64,000 nt of DNA from Ideonella sp. (GTDB lineage: Bacteria; Pseudomonadota; Gammaproteobacteria; Burkholderiales; Burkholderiaceae_C), in the NCBI GenBank assembly GCA_016721465.1, contig JADKIA010000026.1, positions 7,846 through 71,845 on the forward strand, written 5' to 3'. A program made the translations under genes and the position numbers. Position 1 is the first letter of the stretch, and each line of letters begins with the position of its first letter. Positions 1-8,593 of the stretch are shown in pieces. The notes below the pieces were generated by a model that worked only from the letters and a program-made list of their open reading frames with translations, was not told the DNA's origin and searched no databases.

Positions 1-39
1 TGCCGATTGCCGACCATGCACATGTTTTGCTGCCCCGCG

Positions 40-650
40 ATGGACACCCACCGAGCCGAACGAAGGGGACTGTTCGCCCTTCTGCTTGCCTTGGCATCTG
101 CATCCGCACTGGCGCAGGCCGGCGGCCAATGGACCGGCGACCTGACGTTGACCAGATAAAGGGCCAGGGGCGATTCGACGACGGGACCATCAAGGCAAAC
201 TGGAACGTTGACCGCGTGGCGCGCGCCACGGTGGTGTTGGACCGGATGTTTCGCGGCGGCGGCATCGCCGGGACGCGGGACACGCGCAACACCGAGCGCT
301 ATGAAACCTGGGTCGCCAACCGCAGCCAACCCCGCGCAACTGGACATCGACGACAGCGGCGAGTTCGATGGCCCGATGTTTCATCCCAAGAACTACCGGC
401 GCGACTCGATGCGCTGGACCTGTCCGTCGAAGGCCAAGCCGCGACCGGGCGAGCTGCGCGCGTCAATCCTGCAACATCGACCACCACGAAGGGACCGTCA
501 CCTGGGAGGTGCCGCGCATCTTTGCCGCGTGCGACAAATACGTCCGTTTCGACTTCCACAAGGGCTTGCCGGACTTCGTGAAGAACGGCGTCCAGATGAA
601 CGAAGACGGCGTCGAGCTGCAGTTCGAAGTCGTGCACCGGTTGAATTCGC
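40..650 (+). pseudogene. Frameshifted remnant of a secreted protein gene, family not recognised
   Basis: ATG 40 gives a Sec-type signal peptide (MDTHRAERRGLFALLLALASASALAQA), but this frame stops at TAA 157-159. Protein-like text continues in a second frame (QIKGQGRFDDGTIKANWNVDRVARATVVLDRMF, ORF 27..581). It returns to the first frame (AQLDIDDSGEFDGPMFHPKNYRR, ORF 208..699) and ends in the third (NIDHHEGTVTWEVPRIFAACDKYVRFDFHKGLPDFVKNGVQMNEDGVELQFEVVH, ORF 368..1171). About three frame changes are needed. End coordinate approximate. Confidence 0.3.
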
Positions 651-655
651 CCACC

Positions 656-2220
656 TCACCTCAGTGCGAACACCGCCACTTCCGCGCTGCGCCCCTTGAC
701 GTGCACCGCGGGCAGCGATTCGAGGCCGTCGGTCGACGACAGCCGGTCCCGCGTCGCTCCACTGACCAGCATGTCCGTCCCGAAATCCTTGTTCAGCGCC
801 TGGATGCGCGAAGTCAGGTTGACCGCATCGCCGACCAGCGCGTACGACATGCGCTGCATGCTGCCGATGTTGCCGGCAATCACGGTACCGGTGTGAATGC
901 CGATGCCGTGGCGCAGTCCGGTCTTGCCGGCCGCGCGGCGCGCGGCGTTCCAGGCGTCCAGGCGCTGTCCCATCTCGCGTGCGGCGGCCACTGCGGCATC
1001 GGCATGGCGTGCGTCTTCGATGGGTGCGCCGAACACGGCCTCGATCTCGTCGCCGATGAACTGCAGCACCAGGCCGCCGTGGGCACGGATGGCCGCGTCC
1101 ATCTCGCTGAAATAGGCGTTCAGATCGGCCACCACTTCGGCCGGCGGGCTGGCCCTCGACCCAGGGCGTGAAGTTGCGCAGGTCGGCGAACAGGATCGTC
1201 ACCTCGCGCTGGGCGCCGGCGCCGCTGACCCGGCCGGCGAGGATCTCGTCGCGCACTTCCCGGGGGCTGACGTACCTGCCGAAGGTCTCGCGGATGGCCT
1301 CGCGTTCGCGCAGCCCCTGCACCATGGCATTGAAGCCTTCAGCCACGGCGCCGATCTCGTCGTTCGAGACCACCGCACAGCGGGTGTCGAGTTCGCCGCG
1401 CTGCACGCGCGCCATCGCTGCCTGCACCGCGCCCAGCGGCCGCGCCACGCCTGGCCGCCACCAGCAAGGCCAGGCCGACCGACACCGCCAGCCCGCCGAG
1501 CGCGAGCACCACGATGACGAGTTTCAGGTTGAGGATGATCGCCGCCGCCGTGGCCGCGTCGGCCGTTCGCAGCGCGTCGGCACGCGTCAACGCCGCCATC
1601 GACAGCACGGCCAGTGGCAGCAGCCCCAGCAGCAGGAACGCGGCCAGCATGCGCGTGCGCACGCGCAGCCTGGGCACCTGCACCGCGCTCAACTCGCCGC
1701 TCGGAAACAGGCGCGTCATTTCGTGGCGCATCAGGCGTTCACTGCCGAAGAAGACAATCGCCGTGACGAACGGCCCGGCGACGAAGGCGATGCCGAACAT
1801 CTGGCGCAACGCGCGCCCGGGATCGAAGTCACCCGTGAGCAACGGCCAGAACACGCCCCAGATGAACGCTGCGGCCACCCAGCCGCCACCACTCATCAGC
1901 GCGAGAAAGGCCGGCAGCATCAGCGCGCGGCGGCGCGCCGTGCCTCCGGCCGGGCCGGGGGGCAGTACGGGGCCGGCCTGCGTGAGCGGCGCAAGCCAGT
2001 GCGTCGAGACTCGTTTGAGGATGGCGTACAGCAGCCCGAAGGCGAGCACGAAGTAGGCGATCTCGGCGCCGACCACCGGCACGCCGCCTGCGACCGCCGT
2101 CGGGTCGACCTCGTGGAAATAGACCACCGTGAGCAATGCGCCGCCGAGGTGGGCGAGCAAGTTCAGGCCCCTCAGGCGGACGCTCATGCTCAGCCGTGCG
2201 GGCGGCGTCGAGATGGTCAT
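656..2220 (-). pseudogene. Class III adenylate/guanylate cyclase with N-terminal multi-TM domain and HAMP linker, interrupted by two 1-nt frameshifts
   Basis: Three ORF-track pieces read as one protein. 1339..2220 is the multi-TM N-terminus. 498..1448 carries HAMP (VARPLGAVQAAMARVQRGELDTRCAVVSNDEIGAVAEGFNAMVQGL) and the cyclase start (VTILFADLRNFTPWVEGQ). 656..1135 is the cyclase core (VVADLNAYFSEMD, FIGDEIEAVFGAP, GIHTGTVIAGNIGS). Frame breaks lie near 1449 and in the GGG/CCC run 1146-1148; removing one C restores QPPAEVVADL. Confidence 0.75.
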
Positions 2221-2278
2221 GGTTTCGCGGGGTCAGCGACCGGTGGCATGGCGGCGAGGCATCCCCTGCAGGCCCGCA

Positions 2279-3160
2279 TCAGCCCAAGCCAGCGATCTGC
2301 GCCCGGACCTCGGCCTCCATGCCACCCTTGCCCCCACTGCTGCCGTCCACCTCCACGGCCAGCGCAAGCGCCTGCTCGTACATCCGCCTGGCGCGCGGCT
2401 TGTCGCCGCGCTTCACGACGGCCTTGGTGGCTTCCATCAGGATGAAGAACTGGAGCGCGTGCATGGGAAAGTGCTCCACCGACAAGCGGCTGAAGCTGTA
2501 GTTGTGATCGGCCGCCTGCAGCTCCAGCCGAATTTCGAGCGGCTCTTTCGCGCGCTGCGTGATGACGCCCCACACCACCAGCGTGGCGCCGAGACCGGAG
2601 CGCCGTTCCTTGGCGGTCGACTGGCTCTTGATGCGCACATGCGGCGGCAGGAAGCGGAACTTGAAATCCTGGGCCCACTCGTACTCGTTCAGTGTGCTCT
2701 CGACCAACCGAAAGAACTGCGTCCCGACGATGTCCAGGGCCTGCAACACGCTCGACGTCCCCAGCGTTTCGGGGTCCACCGAGAACACCTCGAACGGCGC
2801 GATGGCGATGCCGATTTCGTCGGCCGCGAAAGCCCTGGCCCGATGCAGCGTTCGCATCACCGCCACCGCGCCCACCGACAGCGGCAGCGCGAGGGCGGCG
2901 ATGGACATTCCGACCCAGTACCACCACCCGTAGTGCGCGTCCTTCACGTCGTACCAACGCACAAACGCAAAACCCCAGACAAGGTCGAAGGCGATCGCGC
3001 ACACGACCATCGCGCTCAGCAGCGAAACAATGAAGCTCGATGGTGAACGCAGCGAGTACTTGAGCGCCTTGGCGATCTGGTCGGGAAGGTCGGTGATGCC
3101 CATGGGGTTTGGCTGTCCAGGTGGCAACTCGCGAACAAGCTCGGAGACGGTCCGACTCAA
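2279..3160 (-). CDS. Hypothetical membrane protein (two predicted TM helices near the N-terminus, soluble C-terminal domain)
   Basis: 293-aa ORF with non-repetitive, protein-like composition and hydrophobic stretches (FIVSLLSAMVVCAIAFDLVWGFAF; WWYWVGMSIAALALPLSVGAVAV). GC is visibly lower than the surroundings. No family recognised. Confidence 0.55.
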   Translation of the reverse strand: MSRTVSELVRELPPGQPNPMGITDLPDQIAKALKYSLRSPSSFIVSLLSAMVVCAIAFDLVWGFAFVRWYDVKDAHYGWWYWVGMSIAALALPLSVGAVAVMRTLHRARAFAADEIGIAIAPFEVFSVDPETLGTSSVLQALDIVGTQFFRLVESTLNEYEWAQDFKFRFLPPHVRIKSQSTAKERRSGLGATLVVWGVITQRAKEPLEIRLELQAADHNYSFSRLSVEHFPMHALQFFILMEATKAVVKRGDKPRARRMYEQALALAVEVDGSSGGKGGMEAEVRAQIAGLG

Positions 3161-3297
3161 GAAACGGGTCGAGCGATGCTAGCAGGCAGCGCCAGGCAGC
3201 AGCCGGGGTCGCGCCACGGCGCAGGCGCTCGGCGTGGTGAAGCCCGGCGCGCATCCGGACTCGCCGGCGCCATCGACCCGATGTCAGAATCGCGGTC

Positions 3298-4002
3298 ATG
3301 CTTCGCTCCCCCCTGCCCTGGCGCCGGATGCTGGCCGGCCTGGCCCTCGTGCTGGCCGGCGCACCGGCGGCCGCGCAGACCGGGCCCACGCCGGCACAGG
3401 TTTCGGCCTACACCGGACTGATGGCGGCGGCGCACCGTGGCGACATGGCGGCGCTGGAGCGCGCCTTGACGCAGCGCGCCGCGCTGGACACCCGCGACGC
3501 GCACGGCCGCACGGCTGTTCACGTGGCGGCCTTTGCACGCCAGGGCGAGGTGCTGAAGCGGCTGGCCGCGGCCGGCGCCCAGCTGGAGCTGCTGGAGAAC
3601 GACCGCTACGACGCGGTCACCATCGCCGCCGTGGCCGACGACGAGGAGACGCTGCGCGTGCTGCTCGCGCTGGGCGCCAGCGCCAAGCTCACCACCAGCC
3701 GCTACGACGGCACCGCCCTGATCGCCGCCGCGCACCTGGGCCACGACGGTGTGGTGCGCCAGCTCATCGCAGCCGGCGCCCCGCTGGACCATGTCAACAA
3801 CCTGCACTGGACCGCGGTGATCGAGTCCATCGTGCTGGGCGACGGCGGCCGCCGGCACCAGGCGGTGCTGAAGGCATTGCTCCAGGCCGGCGCCAACCCC
3901 AACCTGGCCGATGGCCATGGCCGCTCACCCTCGGCGTTGGCGCGCAGCCGGGGCTACGCCGCGATGGTGGGTCTGCTGGAAGGCCACGGCGGCAAGCCCT
4001 GA
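3298..4002 (+). CDS. Periplasmic ankyrin-repeat protein
   Basis: Signal peptide MLRSPLPWRRMLAGLALVLAGAPAAAQ. Several ankyrin-type repeats follow (DAHGRTAVHVAAFARQGEVLKRLAAAGA; GTALIAAAHLGHDGVVRQLIAAGAPLD; GHGRSPSALARSRGYAAMVGLL). Confidence 0.85.
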   Translation: MLRSPLPWRRMLAGLALVLAGAPAAAQTGPTPAQVSAYTGLMAAAHRGDMAALERALTQRAALDTRDAHGRTAVHVAAFARQGEVLKRLAAAGAQLELLENDRYDAVTIAAVADDEETLRVLLALGASAKLTTSRYDGTALIAAAHLGHDGVVRQLIAAGAPLDHVNNLHWTAVIESIVLGDGGRRHQAVLKALLQAGANPNLADGHGRSPSALARSRGYAAMVGLLEGHGGKP

Positions 4003-4044
4003 GCGCCGCCGCTCAGGGCAGGCAGCGCTGCCCGGCCGTCACCC
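4001..4044. repeat. Direct repeat copy 1 (44 bp, 42/44 identical to 5033..5076)
   Basis: gagcgccGccgctcagggcaggCagcgctgcccggccgtcaccc starts 1 nt after the T of the ankyrin stop codon. It contains the hairpin GGGCAG-N6-CTGCCC (4016-4033). Confidence 0.85.
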
Positions 4045-4232
4045 GGGAGGTGGTTGGCCTTGTCCACGCGGCGGCCGCCGCGATGCCGCTGGTCGTCGCG
4101 CTCATGAACAGGTCTCGTTGACGTGCAACAAGGCGCCATCGGGCAGCCGAGGTATGTTTCTTACGAGAGGGGATGTTGCCGGGAATTCAATGCTGTCTCG
4201 GCTTCCTGTGTCACTTCGAGAGGACAAATGTC

Positions 4233-4720
4233 ATGAGCAACTTCAAGTGGGTTCTTGTGCTGGGGATGATTGCATCGGGAGTTCAACCGAGTCTTGGCGC
4301 TGATGGCGAGAGGCCAGCCGGCATATGGAAACTGGTCTCCTACGAAGTCGAGCGTCAGGCCAATGGTCAGAAGGAGCCCGTGATGGGCAACAGCCCGACC
4401 GGGTATGTCACCTTCACTCCGGAGGGGCGGGTGTTCTTTGTCTTGACCGGAGAAGGGCGGAAGCCGGCCAAGACCGACCAGGAGCGCGCCGAGCTGTTGA
4501 GCACTCTCGTTGCTTACTCCGGCATGTATCGCTTTGAAGGGGATCGGTGGATCACCAAGGTCGATGTCGCCTGGAATCCGGAATGGGTCGGCACTGAGCA
4601 GGCGCGTACTTCAAGGTCGATGGTGATCGCCTTCAGGTTCTCACCCCATGGCGCGTGATGCCGAACTGGGCCGACAAGGGGATGACGCGGAGCATCGTGA
4701 CGTTTGAGCGTCCCAAGTAG
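4233..4720 (+). pseudogene. Lipocalin-like domain protein with signal peptide, one frameshift
   Basis: SD GAGAGGA then ATG 4233. Signal peptide MSNFKWVLVLGMIASGVQPSLGA. IWKLVSYE, GYVTFTPEGRVFFVL and YSGMYRFEGDRWITKVDVAWNPEWVGTEQ look like the bacterial lipocalin-like domain family (recalled, not searched). The frame breaks at about 4600-4607. The shifted frame continues YFKVDGDRLQVLTPWRVMPNWADKGMTRSIVTFERPK to TAG 4718-4720. Confidence 0.65.
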
Positions 4721-5032
4721 GCCTTTGCTGCGTGCACCGATCTGCTGATGCAACTGGAGCTTGAGCACGGCAACGGGTGACGCGGCGGTTTCATGTCCAT
4801 GACCGCGCCGATGCATTGGATGATCTTGCCGAGCGCGCAGCCGGCGGCTCGCCGGTCACCTTGATCAGCACGGCGCGATGGTCGGCATCGACAAGGCCAG
4901 GGATCTGTTGATTTGAACGCGGTGTTGCCCACACAGACGGTGGGATGGAGCCGCGCCACGGCGCTGGCCGATGTCAGTCGGCACTGAAGGCAACGGTGAA
5001 GCGCTGTTGCAGGCGTGCAGCCGTTGGGCCCC

Positions 5033-5076
5033 GAGCGCCACCGCTCAGGGCAGGTAGCGCTGCCCGGCCGTCACCC
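5033..5076. repeat. Direct repeat copy 2 (overlaps the 3' end of the esterase gene)
   Basis: gagcgccAccgctcagggcaggTagcgctgcccggccgtcaccc. On the minus strand it encodes the esterase C-terminus (...VTAGQRYLP stop). Confidence 0.85.
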
Positions 5077-7063
5077 AGGGCCAGTCGTCGGTCCTGAACG
5101 GCGACGCCGGCAGGCCGTGACGATCGAACAGGTTGTCCTGCTCCGGGTTGTCCACCCAGCCGAAGCGCACGGCCACCGGCCGCTTCACCTCCGGGTGCCA
5201 GACCACGACGCGCCGGCCTTCGATGCGCGCCTGGGCGGGACGAAAGCGCTGGCTCGCGTCGGCGATGCTGAACCCGCGCAATGCGGCGCCAGGTGCATCG
5301 GTGCGCAGGCCGTCGCTGCGCAAGCTCAGCACCGCCCGGCCGCCGCGCAGCTGCAGCCCGGTGAACACCGGCCCGTTCGGTGGCGGCGCCGGCAGGCCGG
5401 CAGCGCGCAGCGCGTGCAGCGCCAGGCGCTCGCCCACCGCGCGCTTGTTGCGCGGGTGGATGTCGTTGGCGTTGCCCACGTCGGTGGCCACGGCCATGCC
5501 GGTGTTCGGCAGCGCAAGCGCCTGACGCTGCGCATCGCGCAGCTCGGCCCAGGGGCTGTGGTTGGGGTCGTTGCGCTCCAGCGGCAGGAACGAGGCCAGT
5601 TGCACGAAGTAGAACGGGAACGCACCCTGCCCCCATTGGCGCCGCAGGTCGGTGATCAGGCGTTGAAATCCGCCGACGTACTGCGCCGCCCGGCCCACGT
5701 TGCTCTCGCCCTGATACCAGATCGCGCCGCGAATGCGCAGTGGCACCAGCGGCTGCACCATGCCGTTGTGCAGCAGCGAGGGCAGGTCGTTGGCGCTGGG
5801 CTCGGGCTTGTCCAGCCCGGTCTCGACGCGCGCCTTCCAGGGGCCAGCCAAGGGCAGGCGGGCCGCGCCGAGCTGCAGCTGCACGGCCGCTGAGTCGCCG
5901 TGAAAACCACCGGCGCCGCCAGTGTCGGTGACGCGCACCGCGACCAGGTTGCGCCCTTCGCGCAAGGTGCCGACGGGCAGCGTGTAGTGGCGCGGCTGGT
6001 CCCAGACGCAGGTCTTGCCCACGGGCCGGCCATTGACCCAGGTCTCGTCGCAATCGTCGATCGCGCCCAGGTGCAGCGTGGCCGGCATCGCCGCCTGGGC
6101 GGCATCGAGCACCACCTCGCGGCGGTACCAGACCACACCGTCCAGCCCGTCCAGGCCCTGCTCTTCCCAGACCTGCGGCACCTGCAGCGTGGGCCAGTGG
6201 CCATCGGCATGGTCCAGACTGGCCCAACGCGAAGGGTCAGCGTCCTGGTCTTGGGCCGACGGCACCCCGGTGATGGCGGGCAGGCCAGGCTGCCAGCGGT
6301 CCAGCACGGCCTGGGTGCGCGCGCGTTGCCAGGCCAGCCAGGCGGGCAGGCTGTCGGGCAGACCCTGCAGCAGCGGCGCGATGGCCGGGTCCTCGGCCAG
6401 CGCCTCGCGGCGGGTCCAGGTCTCCAGGTGGGTGCCGCCCCAGGCCAGGTTGACCAGGCCGATGGGCACCTTCTGGTCGCGCTGCAGGCGCCGCGCAAAG
6501 TAGAAGCCCACGCCGCTGAACTCGGCCGCGGTGACCGGGCTGCTCACCTGCCAGCGCATGACGGGCAGGTCGTCCTGCGGCGCCAGCGTGGCGCGGCGGG
6601 CGATCTTGACGTGGCGGATCAGCGGCAGATCGGCCGCCGCGACGGCCTCGACTGCGCCATCGGATTGGCCCAGCGTCCACTCCATGTTCGACTGGCCGGT
6701 GCACAGCCACACATCGCCCAGCAACACGTCGCGCAGCGCCACCTGGCCTTGCAGCGTCAGTTCATGCGGGCCGCCGGCCGGCCCGGGTGGCAGGTCCACG
6801 CGCCAGCGGCCGGCAGCATCGGCCAGCGCCAGGCGGCTGGCGCCGCGAAAGCCCACGCGCACCGCGGCGCCTGCGGGGGCAAAACCCCACACGCGCACCG
6901 GCTGGTCGCGCTGCAGCACCATGTGGTCACCGAAGATGCCAGCCAGGCGCACAGCGTCGGTGCCGGTGCCGTGCGCCGCCACCAGACCGGCCCCGACGCA
7001 CAGCAGCGCCGCGATGCACATCGCACGAAGTGAGCGCACTGTCGGCGTCAGGTAAGCCCTCAT
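5045..7063 (-). CDS. Sialate O-acetylesterase-like (SASA/DUF303) carbohydrate esterase with central sugar-binding-like domain
   Basis: Trimmed from ORF 5045..7966 to ATG 7063, which overlaps the GH30 stop as ATGA. Signal peptide MRAYLTPTVRSLRAMCIAALLCVGAGLVAAHG. Contains the GQSNM motif (LCTGQSNMEW), WYQGESN, and a GH2-like sugar-binding segment (VVWYRREV...LHLGAIDDCDETWVNGRPVG). Confidence 0.85.
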   Translation of the reverse strand: MRAYLTPTVRSLRAMCIAALLCVGAGLVAAHGTGTDAVRLAGIFGDHMVLQRDQPVRVWGFAPAGAAVRVGFRGASRLALADAAGRWRVDLPPGPAGGPHELTLQGQVALRDVLLGDVWLCTGQSNMEWTLGQSDGAVEAVAAADLPLIRHVKIARRATLAPQDDLPVMRWQVSSPVTAAEFSGVGFYFARRLQRDQKVPIGLVNLAWGGTHLETWTRREALAEDPAIAPLLQGLPDSLPAWLAWQRARTQAVLDRWQPGLPAITGVPSAQDQDADPSRWASLDHADGHWPTLQVPQVWEEQGLDGLDGVVWYRREVVLDAAQAAMPATLHLGAIDDCDETWVNGRPVGKTCVWDQPRHYTLPVGTLREGRNLVAVRVTDTGGAGGFHGDSAAVQLQLGAARLPLAGPWKARVETGLDKPEPSANDLPSLLHNGMVQPLVPLRIRGAIWYQGESNVGRAAQYVGGFQRLITDLRRQWGQGAFPFYFVQLASFLPLERNDPNHSPWAELRDAQRQALALPNTGMAVATDVGNANDIHPRNKRAVGERLALHALRAAGLPAPPPNGPVFTGLQLRGGRAVLSLRSDGLRTDAPGAALRGFSIADASQRFRPAQARIEGRRVVVWHPEVKRPVAVRFGWVDNPEQDNLFDRHGLPASPFRTDDWPWVTAGQRYLP

Positions 7064-8565
7064 TTCGTGGGCTTCCACACGAGCGTGGCAACGCTCTCGC
7101 GGGGCAGGCTCATTGGCAGGCCCTGACCGTCCGACCGCACCGTGAACCGCTGCTCGCTCGCTGTCGAGTTGCACACGATCAGCACGATGGAGCCATCGTC
7201 GGCATTGCGAAAGGCCACCGTATCGAGCGTGCCCGCGACCGTGCTCGACGCGATGCGCTCGGCGCCGGGGCGCACGAAGCGGCTGGCATGGCCGAGCATG
7301 TAGTACTCCATGTTGCGGGTGACGGCACCGGTGTTCGAATCGATGGTGACCACGCCGCGGCAATCCTTGCAGCCGCCCAGGTGCGGGCCGAAGTTCTCGT
7401 CCAGCGCCAGGTTCCACATCAGCACGCCGCGCGCGCCGTAACGCGTGCTGCCGATGAGCACGTTGCGCACCAGCCAGGGCAGGGTCTCGGCCCAGTTGGT
7501 CTTCCATTCGCCACCGGAGCATTCGGTGAACCAGGTGTCCTTGTCGGGATGCGTGTCGCGCACCAGCTGCTGGGCCTTGGCCTCGCCGGCGTAGCAGTGC
7601 CAGGCCACGCCGGCGACAAAGGGCCGCGCCACCGGGTCGGACAGCATGGCCAGCGGTGCCGCGGGGTCGTCCCAGTTGTGGTCCCACTCGATGAGCTGCG
7701 TCTTCAGGCCCAGCTGTTGCAGCTTGGGGCCCAGGTGCTTGCCCACCACCGACGCGCGTGCGGCGGAGTCGAGCCGCATGCCGGGATAGTCGCCCGGCTC
7801 GAAGTGCGGTTCGTTCTGCAGCGTGAGTGCGAAGATGGGCACGCCCTCGGCGGCGTAGGCCTGCACATAGCGCACCAGATAGTCGGCAAACACGCCGTGC
7901 ATGTCGGTGCGCAGCGCCCCTTTGATGAGGCTGCCGTTCACCTTCATCCAGCCCGGCGCGCTCCACGGCGAGGCCATCACGCTGAGCTGCGGGTTGATGG
8001 CCAGCGCCCGCTTGAGCACCGGCAGCAGGTCGGCGCGGTTGGGCTCGATGGAGAAGTGTTGCAGGGTCGGGTCGGTCTCGCCGACGGGGCGATCGTCCAG
8101 GCTGTAGTGGCTGCGCGAGAAGTCCGAGGCGCCGATGGTCAACCGGGTGAAATTAAAGCCCTGGCCGTTGTTGGCGCGGCCAAACAGCTCCTGCAGCAAG
8201 GCCTCGCGCTGGGGCTCGCTCATGCGTTGGTGGATGAGCCAGGCGCTGGCGTCGGTGATGGACGCGCCAAAGCCGGCCATCTTCTGGAAGCGCTGCGCAG
8301 CGTCCACCTCGATCTGGATCGGCAGCACCGCGGCGTCGCCAAAGGCGCCCGGGCTTTCCTTGGCGAGCAGGCGTGTCCTGTCGCCGGTGGTGACCCAGGC
8401 GTCGACGACCGGGCCGGCGCCGATGGCGGGTGGGAGCGGTGCCGCACCACTGCCACTGCCCCCCGAGCCGCAAGCGACCAGGCCGGTGGCCGTCGCACAG
8501 GCCAGCAGGCCCGCGGCCGCCAGGCGCTGGAGCGATTTGAAGGAACGAGCGTGTGTGGGCTTCAT
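7060..8565 (-). CDS. Glycoside hydrolase family 30 (glucosylceramidase-like), lipoprotein
   Basis: Start moved to ATG 8565. Lipobox MKPTHARSFKSLQRLAAAGLLACATATGLVAC. Motifs GFGASITDASAW, ASPWSAPGWMK, LTLQNEPHF and WFTECSGGEW are typical of GH30. Confidence 0.85.
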   Translation of the reverse strand: MKPTHARSFKSLQRLAAAGLLACATATGLVACGSGGSGSGAAPLPPAIGAGPVVDAWVTTGDRTRLLAKESPGAFGDAAVLPIQIEVDAAQRFQKMAGFGASITDASAWLIHQRMSEPQREALLQELFGRANNGQGFNFTRLTIGASDFSRSHYSLDDRPVGETDPTLQHFSIEPNRADLLPVLKRALAINPQLSVMASPWSAPGWMKVNGSLIKGALRTDMHGVFADYLVRYVQAYAAEGVPIFALTLQNEPHFEPGDYPGMRLDSAARASVVGKHLGPKLQQLGLKTQLIEWDHNWDDPAAPLAMLSDPVARPFVAGVAWHCYAGEAKAQQLVRDTHPDKDTWFTECSGGEWKTNWAETLPWLVRNVLIGSTRYGARGVLMWNLALDENFGPHLGGCKDCRGVVTIDSNTGAVTRNMEYYMLGHASRFVRPGAERIASSTVAGTLDTVAFRNADDGSIVLIVCNSTASEQRFTVRSDGQGLPMSLPRESVATLVWKPTK

Positions 8566-8593
8566 AGCGGGCCGAGGTTGAAGGTCAGCGAAA

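Noticed and set aside
656-3160. Possible Pycsar/CBASS-like defence pair (nucleotide cyclase plus TM effector)
   Set aside because: The cyclase has a membrane sensor plus HAMP architecture typical of signalling adenylate cyclases, and it is frameshifted. The neighbouring TM protein shows no cyclic-nucleotide-binding motif. There is no support beyond adjacency.
4045-5032. IS element or integron cassette as the inserted 1-kb segment; also ORF 4633..4959 (-) as a gene
   Set aside because: No transposase or integrase, no terminal inverted repeats, and no attC-like structure were recognised. The 108-aa minus-strand ORF has Cys/Arg/Ser-rich junk-like composition. The region looks like decayed coding remnants in several frames.
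5045-7966. Over-long ORF-track entries that fuse a real gene to upstream out-of-gene sequence (5045..7966, 13346..14884, 16845..18701, 26832..28535, 27518..29659, 31627..33171, 32553..34202, 41494..42351, 49723..50958, 60993..62819)
   Set aside because: In each case the N-terminal part overlaps the neighbouring gene in another frame and is Arg/Pro/Gly-rich. An internal start with a signal peptide, SD or ATGA/GTGA coupling gives a protein of normal length, so the coordinates were trimmed accordingly.
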